Shown: positions 36,526 to 46,345, counted from the stretch's first letter. The stretch: DNA of 64,000 nucleotides from an uncultured Peptoniphilaceae bacterium (GCA_964510345.1 CAZEBB010000007.1:3161-67160), one strand, 5' to 3'. The notes: generated by a model not told the origin, from the letters alone. Made by a program: numbers and translations.

Positions 36526-38701
36526 AGACTATTCGTACACGCAAAACCGGGAGCTCAGTTGGTTGCGGTTTAACGAGCGCGTCCTCGAGGAAGCGCTCGA
36601 CCCGACCGTTCCCATCTTTGAACGACTCAAATTTGTTTCGATATTTACATCTAATCTTGACGAATTTTTCATGATCCGCGTCGGATCACTCACCGACGTA
36701 TTGCTCGTCAAGGACACCGTCGTCGACAGCAAGAGCGGGCTCTCTCCCGCCGAGCAACTGGACCGCATCTACGACGAGGTCGCCCGCTTGTCGATAAGAA
36801 AAGACGAAATCTTCCACACGGTGACCCAACTGTTGCGCGAGGCCAATTTTGTCAATCTGTGCGACGCAGACCTCGTAGGCACCGAGCGAAAAACGGTCGA
36901 CCAGTACTTCCAATCTTATGTAAAACCCGTCCTCAGCCCGCAGATCATCGGGTCGCACCATCCGTTTCCTCATATCGAAAACCTGAGCATGCACATCGCC
37001 GTGCGCCTCCAAAAGAATCAGAATATCATCTACGGCCTCATTCCCGTTCCCAAATACTTACCTCGCATTTTTTATACCGATCCTTCGAACACGCGCTTTG
37101 TCTTGATGGAGCAAATCATCCTGATGCACGTGGAAGAGATCTTTGACCAGTTCACCGTACTGGATAAATCCATCATCGTCGTCACTCGCAATGCCGACAT
37201 CAACACCGATGAAGGGCTACTGGATGAAGATATCGACTATCGCATGCACATGAAAAAAATCCTGAAAAAAAGAGCCCGGCTCTCTCCGGTGCGCTTGGAG
37301 TACAGCCCCTCGATCAGCAAACAGACACTACAGTTCTTCTTACAACAACTGGGTCTCACGAACAAAAACTCGTACCGCATGGAGTCCCCCATCGACATGA
37401 GCTTTGTGTTCAGCTTGGAAGGCAAACTCCCCAAAGCGCTGGCGCGTACGTATCTGTATCTGCCGCATAAACCCTTGACGATCGTCCCCAAGGAACCCGG
37501 CGAACGCGTAAGCGACCTCGTCGCAAAAAAGGACATCCTTCTACAATATCCCTACGAAGATATCGACCTCTTCTTGCAGCTCATTAAAGAAGCGGCGGAA
37601 GACCCGCACGTGATCTCCATTCACATCACGATCTATCGGCTGGCAAGGAATTCAAAGCTGGTGGAATACCTCTCCAAGGCGTCCGAAAACGGCAAAGACG
37701 TCATCGCCTTGATGGAGCTGCGCGCTCGCTTTGACGAAGAGAACAATATCAACTGGTCCGAGAGCTTAATGGAGTCCGGCGTGAAAGTCTTCTACGGCTT
37801 TGACGACTACAAAGCCCACTCCAAAGTCTGCCTGATCACGTCGATCGAAGACAACAAGCTCCTCTACACCACGCAGATCGGCACCGGCAACTACAACGAG
37901 TCGACCTCCAAACAGTATACCGACCTCAGCCTGATCACGCGCGACCAGCGCATCGGGCAAGACGCCAGCGAATTCTTTAAGGACATGATGATCGGCACCT
38001 TGGAAGGGCGCTACGATCACCTGATCGCCTCGCCTTATACGCTGAAAGATACAGTGATCGACCTTATCGACGAGCAGATCCGTCTGGCAGAAGATGGCGA
38101 GCCCGCGCTGTTGACCTTTAAGCTCAACTCGCTGACCGATAGAAATATCATCGACAAGCTCGCCGAGGCTTCCCAAGCCGGCGTGCAGGTGAACATGATC
38201 ATCCGCGGCATCTGCTGCCTCTTGCCCGGCGTACCGGGAAAGACGGAGAATATCCATATCCGCAGCATCGTCGGTCGTTTCCTCGAACACTCGCGCATCT
38301 ACGCCTTCGGTTCGGGCGAAACTGCAAAGATTTACATTTCCTCTGCCGACTTTATGACCCGCAACACCGAAAAGCGCGTCGAGATCGCGACACCGATCTA
38401 CGACCCCGATGCTAAAGCCAAGATCTTCGACATATTAGACATCGAGTTAAGAGACAATGTCAAAGCGCGCGTCATGCAGCCCGACGGCACCTACCGCCCC
38501 GTTGAGTCCGTTGAGCCGCCGCTCAACAGCCAAACCTTCGAGATGGTGCGCGCCCAAAAAACCAAGGCCGAGCTCGATGCACGAGCGGAAGAAACTGCGA
38601 AAGCACAAGCGAAAGCCGCCGCGCTCACCCCGCCCGAAGTGCGCCAAGAGCAAACCCAACGCACCTGGTGGCAGAAGTTGTTAGATCGGTTTAGGGGGTA
38701 A
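36506..38701 (+). CDS. ppk: Polyphosphate kinase 1
   Basis: 731 aa, full-length PPK1 (NRELSWLRFNERVLEEA, two PLD-like C-terminal domains), with a short Lys/Ala-rich C-terminal extension. Confidence 0.95.
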   Translation: MTAPSAKDYSYTQNRELSWLRFNERVLEEALDPTVPIFERLKFVSIFTSNLDEFFMIRVGSLTDVLLVKDTVVDSKSGLSPAEQLDRIYDEVARLSIRKDEIFHTVTQLLREANFVNLCDADLVGTERKTVDQYFQSYVKPVLSPQIIGSHHPFPHIENLSMHIAVRLQKNQNIIYGLIPVPKYLPRIFYTDPSNTRFVLMEQIILMHVEEIFDQFTVLDKSIIVVTRNADINTDEGLLDEDIDYRMHMKKILKKRARLSPVRLEYSPSISKQTLQFFLQQLGLTNKNSYRMESPIDMSFVFSLEGKLPKALARTYLYLPHKPLTIVPKEPGERVSDLVAKKDILLQYPYEDIDLFLQLIKEAAEDPHVISIHITIYRLARNSKLVEYLSKASENGKDVIALMELRARFDEENNINWSESLMESGVKVFYGFDDYKAHSKVCLITSIEDNKLLYTTQIGTGNYNESTSKQYTDLSLITRDQRIGQDASEFFKDMMIGTLEGRYDHLIASPYTLKDTVIDLIDEQIRLAEDGEPALLTFKLNSLTDRNIIDKLAEASQAGVQVNMIIRGICCLLPGVPGKTENIHIRSIVGRFLEHSRIYAFGSGETAKIYISSADFMTRNTEKRVEIATPIYDPDAKAKIFDILDIELRDNVKARVMQPDGTYRPVESVEPPLNSQTFEMVRAQKTKAELDARAEETAKAQAKAAALTPPEVRQEQTQRTWWQKLLDRFRG

Positions 38702-38725
38702 TATCCAATATATGATTATCAACTG

Positions 38726-38770
38726 AAAAAGCCTGCCATCCGCTGTTCTCACAACGTCTTGCAGGCTTTT
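38726..38770. terminator. Bidirectional terminator hairpin between the convergent ppk and hydrolase-like genes
   Basis: aaaaagcctgc ... gcaggctttt with a 24-nt loop, flanked by A and T runs. Confidence 0.5.
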
Positions 38771-38780
38771 GTATTGCGAT

Positions 38781-40571
38781 CTATTCTTCGGTGTCTTCTT
38801 CTGTCTCTTCTTCCACCGGCTCTTCTTCGACTTCCGCTTCGGTTTCTTCTTCCGTCGCGGGTACTTCGAAGGTGAGGTCAGGCATACGGACTTTGTAGAT
38901 ACCGCCTTCGGTGATCACTTGGTAGGTGGCGCCGGTCAGTGTGGCGACGCCGTCAGCGGAGCTGTACTCGGCATCCACGGTGACATTGTACCCGTCGCCG
39001 GACGCTTCGGCCGTGTGCACAGTGTAGCTGTCCAGTGAGATGGCGGCTTCATCCAATTTGGCGGCGAAGCTGTCATAATCGTGGTCGCGGTCGGCTCGTG
39101 GAGTCAGCAGGTACTGGGTCGCTTGGAACTCGTTGTACTGCGCGAAGAGGAATCGCTCGACGGCATCGGCGGGCGTGCGGTCCATCAGGTCGGTACCTTC
39201 TGTCTTCCCTTCCTGTCCGATGCGCCCTTCATAATCGAAGATCGCGGGATCGTACGAGTTGTTAACCGCCCAGATCAGGTACTCTTCAATGCCCAAATCG
39301 CGGCACGCGACAATCTGGTCAGAGATCGCATAAGCGTCGTAATCGATATAGCCGTCCACCCACGGAGCGGTGAAGCCTTGAATCCACGGGCGGATGTTCG
39401 CCGGTGTCTCGATCGCGGCGTTTCGCTCGATCGCCTCTTGCATCGACTGATAGAGCACTCCATAGGGATGCTGGTCGGGATAATCATAGCCGTACCATCC
39501 GGTCGAATAGTGACTCGGGTAGATCATCGGGCTGATCGCCTTCACTTGATTGGAGATCTTGCGCCAGGTTTGTCCGATGTCTTCAGGGCTGTCATCCCAT
39601 GTATGGGTGATGATACCGAATACGTCGGCAGAGATCGGCACGCCGTAGGGCTCCAGCTCTTCTTTGGCATAGGCGAGGAATTGCTCGATCGCTTCGTCTT
39701 TATCGCGGTCTTCGCGCCCGGGGAAATTGGTGATCGGGTTGTAGCGCGCAGCTCCGTCGGGGAAGCGCACATAGTCAAACTGGATCTCGTCAAAGCCGAT
39801 CAGGCTGGCTTCTTTGGCGATCGAGATCACGTAATTCCACACGTATTTGTCAAATGGGTTCACCCACGCATCGCCGGCGCCGTCCCGGTACACGCCGCCT
39901 TCGTTGAGCTGAATCGCATGGTCGGGTTCGTTCTCGGCGAAGTAGTGGTCTTTAAAGGTTACGATGCGGGCGATCAGATAGATGTCGTTCGCCTCGCAGT
40001 AATCGGCCAACTGTTTAAACTTGTCCTGCGTCGCCGGTACGGTAGAATCCAGGGTCTTTACGATTTCGATCTCGGAGTCATACGTCACATAGCCTTCGTC
40101 CGTTTTGACGTCCACGACAATCGTGTTCAGCTCGGTCGCTTTCACAATCCCCAGCAGCTCTTCGATCAGATTGACATCCGGTGCACTGCCGCCGTTGGAC
40201 ACGTAGTCAGCGTAGCTGTCGATATTCTCTTCTGCGAAAGATTGTCCCGCGGCACTGGTCGTCACAAAGATTCCCTTTGCCTTAACATCTTTGGGGGTCG
40301 GCTCACTCCCCAGTGCGGGCAGCGGCACGTAAAACTCTCCGTAGGTCTCTTTGCGCTCCGCTTCCAGTGCTTCCCGCTCTTCCTCTTTCTTCTTTTCTTC
40401 ATCGTCTACGGGCGCTTCCGTTTTATCGTTGTCGTCCGTTTTTTGGCCGCCGGATTCGGTTTGTCCCGGGGTTGTATTTCCTGTCTCGACGTCTTCTTTT
40501 TTACAGGAGGTAAATACCATCCCTAAGAGAAGCACGAGTATCAGGCTAAGCAGTCTTCTTTTCATTGTCAT
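38781..40571 (-). CDS. Lipoprotein with a putative glycoside-hydrolase-like TIM-barrel domain (DUF4015/GHL type)
   Basis: 596 aa. Lipobox MVFTSC, an acidic linker, then KGIFVT...LNTIVVDVKTDEGYVTYDS...YLIARIVTFKD...WVNPF...GFDEIQFDYVRFPDG, which is typical of the DUF4015 family. The C-terminus has an acidic tail. Confidence 0.55.
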   Translation of the reverse strand: MTMKRRLLSLILVLLLGMVFTSCKKEDVETGNTTPGQTESGGQKTDDNDKTEAPVDDEEKKKEEEREALEAERKETYGEFYVPLPALGSEPTPKDVKAKGIFVTTSAAGQSFAEENIDSYADYVSNGGSAPDVNLIEELLGIVKATELNTIVVDVKTDEGYVTYDSEIEIVKTLDSTVPATQDKFKQLADYCEANDIYLIARIVTFKDHYFAENEPDHAIQLNEGGVYRDGAGDAWVNPFDKYVWNYVISIAKEASLIGFDEIQFDYVRFPDGAARYNPITNFPGREDRDKDEAIEQFLAYAKEELEPYGVPISADVFGIITHTWDDSPEDIGQTWRKISNQVKAISPMIYPSHYSTGWYGYDYPDQHPYGVLYQSMQEAIERNAAIETPANIRPWIQGFTAPWVDGYIDYDAYAISDQIVACRDLGIEEYLIWAVNNSYDPAIFDYEGRIGQEGKTEGTDLMDRTPADAVERFLFAQYNEFQATQYLLTPRADRDHDYDSFAAKLDEAAISLDSYTVHTAEASGDGYNVTVDAEYSSADGVATLTGATYQVITEGGIYKVRMPDLTFEVPATEEETEAEVEEEPVEEETEEDTEE

Positions 40572-40599
40572 CTCCCATTGGAGGTCTACTTAACTCCTC

Positions 40600-40645
40600 T
40601 AAAAAAGAAAGAACTGTCCTTTCTTTCGAAACCGACAGTTCTTCA
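40600..40645 (-). terminator. Rho-independent terminator of rplL
   Basis: Minus-strand GAAGAACTGTC-(loop)-GACAGTTCTTTC is followed by TTTTTT. Confidence 0.75.
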
Positions 40646-40655
40646 CATTCTTACC

Positions 40656-41045
40656 TTACTTCAACTCGACGGTTGCGCCGACTTCTTCAAGTTTGGTTTT
40701 GATTTCTTCTGCTTCTTCTTTGGTTGCGCCTTCTTTAACAGCCTTCGGTGCGCCGTCAACGACTTCTTTTGCTTCCTTCAGGCCAAGTCCGGTCAGGTCT
40801 TTGACAACTTTGATAACTTTGATCTTTTCAGCGCCAACGCTGGCAAGAATAACGTCAAAGCTGGATTTTTCTTCTTCTGCCGGTGCAGCGGCTTCTCCGC
40901 CGGCTGCCGGTGCTGCTGCCACTGCCATCGGAGCAGCTGCGCTTACGCCAAACTCTTCTTCAAGAGCTTTTACGAGCTCGGAGAGCTCAAGAACGGTCAT
41001 TGCCTTTACTTCTTCAATCAATTGGGTTACTTTTTCAGATGCCAT
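40656..41045 (-). CDS. rplL: 50S ribosomal protein L7/L12
   Basis: 129 aa. Ala-rich hinge and a conserved C-terminal domain ([26 protein letters not shown]). Confidence 0.97.
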   Translation of the reverse strand: MASEKVTQLIEEVKAMTVLELSELVKALEEEFGVSAAAPMAVAAAPAAGGEAAAPAEEEKSSFDVILASVGAEKIKVIKVVKDLTGLGLKEAKEVVDGAPKAVKEGATKEEAEEIKTKLEEVGATVELK

Positions 41046-41069
41046 GTTTGTATTCCTCCTAAGATATAA

Positions 41070-41597
41070 TTATTGTTCCATTTGTGTACGCACTTGATCT
41101 AAGCAGCGTACGAGACCACCGAGTGTACCTTGTAGTACCGTTGCGAACCCTTGAATCGGTGCATTGAGGGTGCCAAGTACTTGCGCGACCAAAACTTCTT
41201 TCGGCGGCAATTTTGCGAGCGCGTCCACGCCTTTGCTGTCGATGACTTTGCCGTCGACCAAACCCGCTTTGATCACGAGTTTTTCGTTGCCTTTTGCGAA
41301 TTTCTGGCTGATCTTCGCTGCGGCAACCGGGTCGTCATAGCAGAATGCGACGGCGTTCGGGCCGGTCAAATGCTCATCCATGCCTTCGATGCCTGCTTTT
41401 TCGAAGGCAAAGCGCATCATGGTGTTCTTGTAAACTTTGTAGTCGACGTTTTCTGCACGATATTGATTTCTCAAATTCGTGACTTCGTCAACATTGAGTC
41501 CGCGATAGTCGACAAGCACGAGTGCTTGCGCGCGGCTGATTTTGTCTACGATTTCTTCCACGACTTCCTGTTTCTGTCTGAGGACTTCGTCTTTCAC
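41070..41597 (-). CDS. rplJ: 50S ribosomal protein L10
   Basis: 175 aa. GTG start at 41595-41597 behind GGAGGTG. Confidence 0.95.
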   Translation of the reverse strand: MKDEVLRQKQEVVEEIVDKISRAQALVLVDYRGLNVDEVTNLRNQYRAENVDYKVYKNTMMRFAFEKAGIEGMDEHLTGPNAVAFCYDDPVAAAKISQKFAKGNEKLVIKAGLVDGKVIDSKGVDALAKLPPKEVLVAQVLGTLNAPIQGFATVLQGTLGGLVRCLDQVRTQMEQ

Positions 41598-41748
41598 TGT
41601 TTCACCTCCATGTAAGGCTACGATGAAAAAAAGGTCTGCCCAAAGATGGACAGACCTACCTATACAAAGATCTTTTCCACCTCTGCAGGATTTTTACATC
41701 CAAGGGATCCCTGCGGTCTTCGGTAGCCAATGTTGTATTAACTTGTTT
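41598..41748 (-). promoter_or_regulatory. rplJ 5' leader with an intrinsic terminator/attenuator hairpin (L10-leader-like)
   Basis: A ~150-nt UTR lies between the promoter and the start. Minus-strand AGGTCTGTCC-ATCTTTG-GGCAGACCT is followed by TTTTTTTT (41624-41657), 27 nt upstream of the GTG. This fits the L10(L12)4-controlled attenuation described for Firmicutes. Confidence 0.45.
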
Positions 41749-41776
41749 AGTATATCAGAACAAGGGCACTTGTCAA
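41749..41776 (-). promoter_or_regulatory. Sigma-A-type promoter for rplJ-rplL
   Basis: Minus strand: TTGACA (41771-41776), 16-nt spacer containing TG, TATACT (41749-41754). It lies 4 nt downstream of the stop of the preceding Wzz/kinase-like gene. Confidence 0.6.
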
Positions 41777-41779
41777 CCC

Positions 41780-43084
41780 CTAGACTCCTTCATTAAACAC
41801 GATTCCTACGAGGTTTGCCTTTACATTGGCCAGTTTTTCTAAGGTGTCGTCAAACTCCTCTTTCCTCGTGTGTCCTTCCGCAACGATCGCCACCACGCCG
41901 TCCGCTTGCTTCGCAAGCACCGCGCCGTCTGTGTATTCGCTGAGGCTCGGGGTGTCGATGATCACGTAATCATAGGCTTGTTTGGCCTCCGCCAGCAGCT
42001 TCGCCATCTGTGCAGAGTCCAGCAATTCCGCCGCAAACGGGGTATTCGTTCCCGCGAGGACGACGGCTACGCCTTCATGCTCCGTCACGACATCTGATCG
42101 CACGGCTTTTTCCGTCAACACGTCGTAGAGGCCTTTTTCATTGGCCGTTTTCACTTTCTCTTTCAGCGTCCCGCTGCGAAGGTTTCCTTCTAAGAGCAAT
42201 ACTTTCTTCCCATTGGCGACCAAGCTCTTGGCGAGTGCCAGGCTCAAAAGTGTCTTTCCTTCATTCGCATTTGTCGAGGCGATCACGAGAGATCTCCACT
42301 GATTTTCATCCATCGCAAAGCGGATATTCGTGCGAATCGCTCGCACGGACTCGTCGACCGAGGCATAATCTCCGCTCTTTTCCGCCTTCTTGAGCACAGG
42401 GCCATGCACGCGGCTCACCCCCAGCATCGGGATGTCGTAGAGCTTGCGAAACTCCGAAACGCTTTTGAAGCTTTTGTCGGTAAAGGTGAGGTAGATGGAT
42501 TGCACCAAGCCTAAGAACCCGCCGAACAGCGCGGCGATCGCCGTGTTCAGAAGCGTGCCGGACTCTTCCGGCTCCTCCGGCACTTTGGCTTCATCCAGCA
42601 TATAGACGGTGATATCGTCTTGGATATTCTTCACCTCGCCCATAAAGAGCGTCGTGATCTCGTTGGCGATATCAGCGGCCATCTGCGGATCTTTGTCCTT
42701 GACGACGAGCGAGATGACTTCCGTATTGTTGACGGTACGGATGGAAAGCTGTTCGTTGAGGTCTTTGACCGTCACATCTAAGCCGAATTTCTCGATGACT
42801 TGGCTCAAAATCTTTTCCGACTTCATGATCTCCGCATAGGTCGCCAACATCTTCTGGTTCAGCAGCACGTCGTTGTACACGTCCTCATAGTTCGGGTTTT
42901 CTTCAAACTGCGTGTAGGTGACCGGTCGCCCGAACACCATCGTCGACTGCACCGCATAGTCCTTGCTCAGCACAAAGGCAAACAACACAAAGGCGATGAT
43001 GCCAAATGCTGCCGTCATGAGCGCGATGGTCTTGATTCTCTTTCTGATACCGAACCATAAGTCGGCAATTCGTACGTCTTCCAA
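41780..43084 (-). CDS. Fused Wzz-type chain-length-determinant / BY-kinase-like P-loop protein with degenerate catalytic motifs
   Basis: 434 aa. Two TM helices flank a Wzz-like ectodomain. The C-terminal CpsD/CapB-like domain has Walker A STNANEGKT, A' LLLEGNLR and B DYVIIDTPS. There is no C-terminal Tyr cluster. Confidence 0.65.
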   Translation of the reverse strand: MEDVRIADLWFGIRKRIKTIALMTAAFGIIAFVLFAFVLSKDYAVQSTMVFGRPVTYTQFEENPNYEDVYNDVLLNQKMLATYAEIMKSEKILSQVIEKFGLDVTVKDLNEQLSIRTVNNTEVISLVVKDKDPQMAADIANEITTLFMGEVKNIQDDITVYMLDEAKVPEEPEESGTLLNTAIAALFGGFLGLVQSIYLTFTDKSFKSVSEFRKLYDIPMLGVSRVHGPVLKKAEKSGDYASVDESVRAIRTNIRFAMDENQWRSLVIASTNANEGKTLLSLALAKSLVANGKKVLLLEGNLRSGTLKEKVKTANEKGLYDVLTEKAVRSDVVTEHEGVAVVLAGTNTPFAAELLDSAQMAKLLAEAKQAYDYVIIDTPSLSEYTDGAVLAKQADGVVAIVAEGHTRKEEFDDTLEKLANVKANLVGIVFNEGV

Positions 43085-43096
43085 AGTATTCCTCCC

Positions 43097-44428
43097 CTAA
43101 TGTAATGTTCCTGACTTCAATGGGCTTACGCGATGGCGGTACCGGATGCGTTGGATGCTCGCCTCCGGTTTCTCTCTGCCGACACTCGGTATCACCAGAT
43201 ACGCAAATACGAGGAAGAAGAGAAGTCCATGTGTAATAAACAGCGGTTCCATAAACGATGTGTTTAAGATATAGATATAGGCGAACACGATCCCGAAATA
43301 TGCCGGCGCAAAATCCAGCTTGCGGATGAACAGCAGCGTCGCCATGAAGATCAACGAGTGCAAAAACACGCCGACCAGACCGTAACTCAAGTAGCCTTCC
43401 ACAAAGATGCCGACATTCGCATTTTGCCCTGCTCGGCCGATCACCTGCTCACCGATAAACAGCGGGATGTCGCGCATGCCCTGCACGCCGGTGAACAGGG
43501 GGACGAGTTTCGTGTGATTGTACAGCGTGAAGTTGCCAGCAAAGTATTGATGGTAGACATCAAACAGTCGGGCCGGTACAAATGCCAGCCTTCGCATGTA
43601 GTCGTTGATGATCAGCAGATCAAACGCATAGTAAGAGGCAAGTCCGGCCAAATTGGCGCCGAAGAAGGCAAACAGCATGTACTTTTCCTTCTGATTGTAA
43701 GTCCCCAACACGAAGATGAGGGCGGCCAGTATGCCGAAGAACACGCTCTTCACCGCACCAAACAGCAGATACAGCGCGAGCACACCAAAGATCGCTAAGC
43801 CTACCGTCAGCTTCTTTCGTTTCATCAACCCGTAGATAAACAAAAACGGAAACACGGTTCGCGACAAAGGTGAGAACAAATACCCCAGTACGCCGTGGTT
43901 AAAGCGGCGCAGAGCCAGCCGCGTTTCATATATGTCGAGCAAGAGCAGGTTTTTCAAGTTGAGTGTGCTGATATAGCGCAAAAACGGCGCGACGGCGATC
44001 ATCGCCATCAGCAAAAAGAAGACTCTCGTGTCCTGATCCGACAGATCGAGGATGCGCCGCTTCAGCGGTTCACCGTCATCTAAGCGGTCCGCCGCCAGTA
44101 TTGCTAGCAGTGGCATCGCCATCGCAAACAACAAGACAAACGAGGAGTCGTTGAATAAGAAAAAGATCACTTGTCCGAAAATGTAGAGAACCATCATCAG
44201 GCTGTAGAGCAGTCGGTAAAAGTCACGCCGAAGCAGTGTCGAGGCAAAGATCGTCGTCGTCACATACATGATGCTGACGAACAGTTTGGGCACCGTGAAG
44301 AAATCTATCGAATACCCTTCATAGAAATACCACGGTTGGATGACCGCCATGTAGTTGAGCAGCAGCAAAATGAAGATGGCAAATAGGAGCCATACACGCG
44401 CATGATTCTCGAATACGAGTTTCCTCAT
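43097..44428 (-). CDS. Polytopic membrane protein, putative Wzy-like oligosaccharide repeat-unit polymerase
   Basis: 443 aa with at least 10 predicted TM helices. It pairs with the Wzz/kinase-like gene across a 12-nt gap. The family assignment rests on context and topology only. Confidence 0.35.
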   Translation of the reverse strand: MRKLVFENHARVWLLFAIFILLLLNYMAVIQPWYFYEGYSIDFFTVPKLFVSIMYVTTTIFASTLLRRDFYRLLYSLMMVLYIFGQVIFFLFNDSSFVLLFAMAMPLLAILAADRLDDGEPLKRRILDLSDQDTRVFFLLMAMIAVAPFLRYISTLNLKNLLLLDIYETRLALRRFNHGVLGYLFSPLSRTVFPFLFIYGLMKRKKLTVGLAIFGVLALYLLFGAVKSVFFGILAALIFVLGTYNQKEKYMLFAFFGANLAGLASYYAFDLLIINDYMRRLAFVPARLFDVYHQYFAGNFTLYNHTKLVPLFTGVQGMRDIPLFIGEQVIGRAGQNANVGIFVEGYLSYGLVGVFLHSLIFMATLLFIRKLDFAPAYFGIVFAYIYILNTSFMEPLFITHGLLFFLVFAYLVIPSVGREKPEASIQRIRYRHRVSPLKSGTLH

Positions 44429-44526
44429 TTGTCACCACCTCCAGCGTAGGAATGTTCTTAGACGGTAAAAACGTACCGGCTCGGCCTAAGCCTCACCGAT
44501 ACGTCTACATTCGTGTGCGATATAAA

Positions 44527-45231
44527 TTATGCGTTATCCATGATGCGCTGTGCGTTCAATTTGACGCCGGGGCCCATGGTCGAGCTCACCGTAACGGAGC
44601 GCAGGTATTTTCCTTTTGCTGCCGCCGGTTTCGCCTTAACGATCGCGCTCATGAGCGCTTTGAAGTTCTCTTCCAGTTTTTCTTTTCCGAAGGATGCTTT
44701 TCCAAACGGTACCGCGACATTACTCGCTTTGTCAACGCGATACTCAACTTTACCGGCCTTGATTTCAGATACCGCATTGGCGACATCCATCGTAACGGTT
44801 CCGGATTTGGGGTTCGGCATCAAGCCTTTCGGTCCTAAGATACGTCCGATTTTACCGACGACGCCCATCATGTCCGGGGTCGCAACGGCTACGTCAAACT
44901 CAAACCAGTTTTCTTTTTGGATCTTTTCAGCGAGCTCTTCGCCACCGACATAGTCAGCACCGGCAGCTTCCGCTTCTTTGATCTTGTCGCCCTTTGCAAA
45001 TACGAGAACGCGGCTCGTACGTCCGGTTCCATGCGGCAGAACGACCGTGCCGCGGACTTGTTGGTCCGCATGACGCGGGTCAACACCCAGTCTTGTGGAA
45101 AGTTCAATCGTCTCGTCGAACTTCGCTTTGGCGTTTTCCAACACGATGTCAAGAGCTTTGTCTAAATCGTACGTCTCTTGACGGTCGTATTTGGTGACCG
45201 CCTCATTATATTTTTTACCATGTTTTGCCAT
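44527..45231 (-). CDS. rplA: 50S ribosomal protein L1
   Basis: 234 aa, full-length L1 similarity. Confidence 0.97.
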   Translation of the reverse strand: MAKHGKKYNEAVTKYDRQETYDLDKALDIVLENAKAKFDETIELSTRLGVDPRHADQQVRGTVVLPHGTGRTSRVLVFAKGDKIKEAEAAGADYVGGEELAEKIQKENWFEFDVAVATPDMMGVVGKIGRILGPKGLMPNPKSGTVTMDVANAVSEIKAGKVEYRVDKASNVAVPFGKASFGKEKLEENFKALMSAIVKAKPAAAKGKYLRSVTVSSTMGPGVKLNAQRIMDNA

Positions 45232-45272
45232 TTGTGTCCTCCTTGTGGTACAAGCGGAAATCCTCCCACATG

Positions 45273-45698
45273 TTACTCTTCTACAGTAACGCCCATGCTG
45301 CGTGCGGTACCTGCCACCATGCGCATGGCAGCCTCTACGTCGGCTGCATTTAAGTCTGGCATTTTTGTTTCTGCGATCTCACGAACTTGTGCTTTGGTCA
45401 GTTTTGCCACTTTGGTCTTATTCGGCTCTTTCGAACCCGATTGCAGACCCAAAGTCTTTTTAATCAATACTGCCGCCGGCGGAGTTTTCGTGATAAACGA
45501 GAACGAACGGTCTTGATACACCGTCAATACGACCGGGATAATCAGCCCCATTTGCTCTTGGGTTTTTGCGTTAAACTCTTTGGTGAACTGCATGATATTG
45601 ACCCCATGCGGTCCCAAAGCGGTACCTACAGGCGGAGCCGGTGTGGCCTTGCCTGCCGGGATTTGCAGTTTTACGATTGCCTGCACTTTTTTTGCCAT
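45273..45698 (-). CDS. rplK: 50S ribosomal protein L11
   Basis: 141 aa, [25 protein letters not shown]. Confidence 0.97.
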   Translation of the reverse strand: MAKKVQAIVKLQIPAGKATPAPPVGTALGPHGVNIMQFTKEFNAKTQEQMGLIIPVVLTVYQDRSFSFITKTPPAAVLIKKTLGLQSGSKEPNKTKVAKLTKAQVREIAETKMPDLNAADVEAAMRMVAGTARSMGVTVEE

Positions 45699-45765
45699 TT
45701 GCTAAACTCCTTTTTAAAGGTTGTGGTATACGGGCGCTACCCTCCCACATCTATACACAACGCTG

Positions 45766-46323
45766 TTAGACTTTTTCGATGTCGTCGACATCCAGTTCTG
45801 TCAGTGTTTCTGCGCCGAAAATGAAGACATACGCCTTGATCTTGCGGTCTTCGATCGAGTCGACCTTCGCCACAAAATCCATGAACGGACCGTTGATGAT
45901 CTTGATCGAATCGCCCGGCTTCACGTCGATCGCCTCTTGCGTCTTTTGGACGCGCATGCCGAGGCGCTGCGTTTCGCGGTCGGTCAGCGGTACCGGTTTG
46001 GATCCCGGGCCCACAAAACCCGTCACTCCTCTCGTATTTCGTACGAGATACCAAGTGACGTCGTTGATGATCATCTTGATCAGCACATAGCCCGGGAACA
46101 TCTTGCGCTCCTTGACTTGCTTCGTGCCGTTCTTCGTGTCGTAGTATTCTTCCGTGGGGACCATTACCTCAAAGATATCGTCTTTGAAGCCGCGGTTCTC
46201 CACCATGTTTTCGATATTGCGCTTCACCTTGTTTTCGTGGCCGGAATACGTGTGGACGATGTACCACTTCGCTTCCTGTTCTCTTTCACTTCTCGCTTGC
46301 GCTTGTTCTTCGTTCATAGTCAC
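45766..46323 (-). CDS. nusG: Transcription termination/antitermination factor NusG
   Basis: 185 aa. NGN domain (KWYIVHTYSGHENKV) and a KOW domain. Confidence 0.95.
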   Translation of the reverse strand: MTMNEEQAQARSEREQEAKWYIVHTYSGHENKVKRNIENMVENRGFKDDIFEVMVPTEEYYDTKNGTKQVKERKMFPGYVLIKMIINDVTWYLVRNTRGVTGFVGPGSKPVPLTDRETQRLGMRVQKTQEAIDVKPGDSIKIINGPFMDFVAKVDSIEDRKIKAYVFIFGAETLTELDVDDIEKV

Positions 46324-46345
46324 AGGACGCGGTATCCTCCTTCCC

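Noticed and set aside
38726-38770. A hairpin aaaaagcctgc...gcaggctttt resembling the subterminal hairpin of the IS1182-like element (30408-30452), which might be a solo IS end.
   Set aside because: No adjacent inverted-repeat sequence (ttttgggtcagcccc) is present, and the loop sequences are unrelated. gcctgc/gcaggc stems are common in ordinary terminators, and this one sits where a bidirectional terminator is expected.
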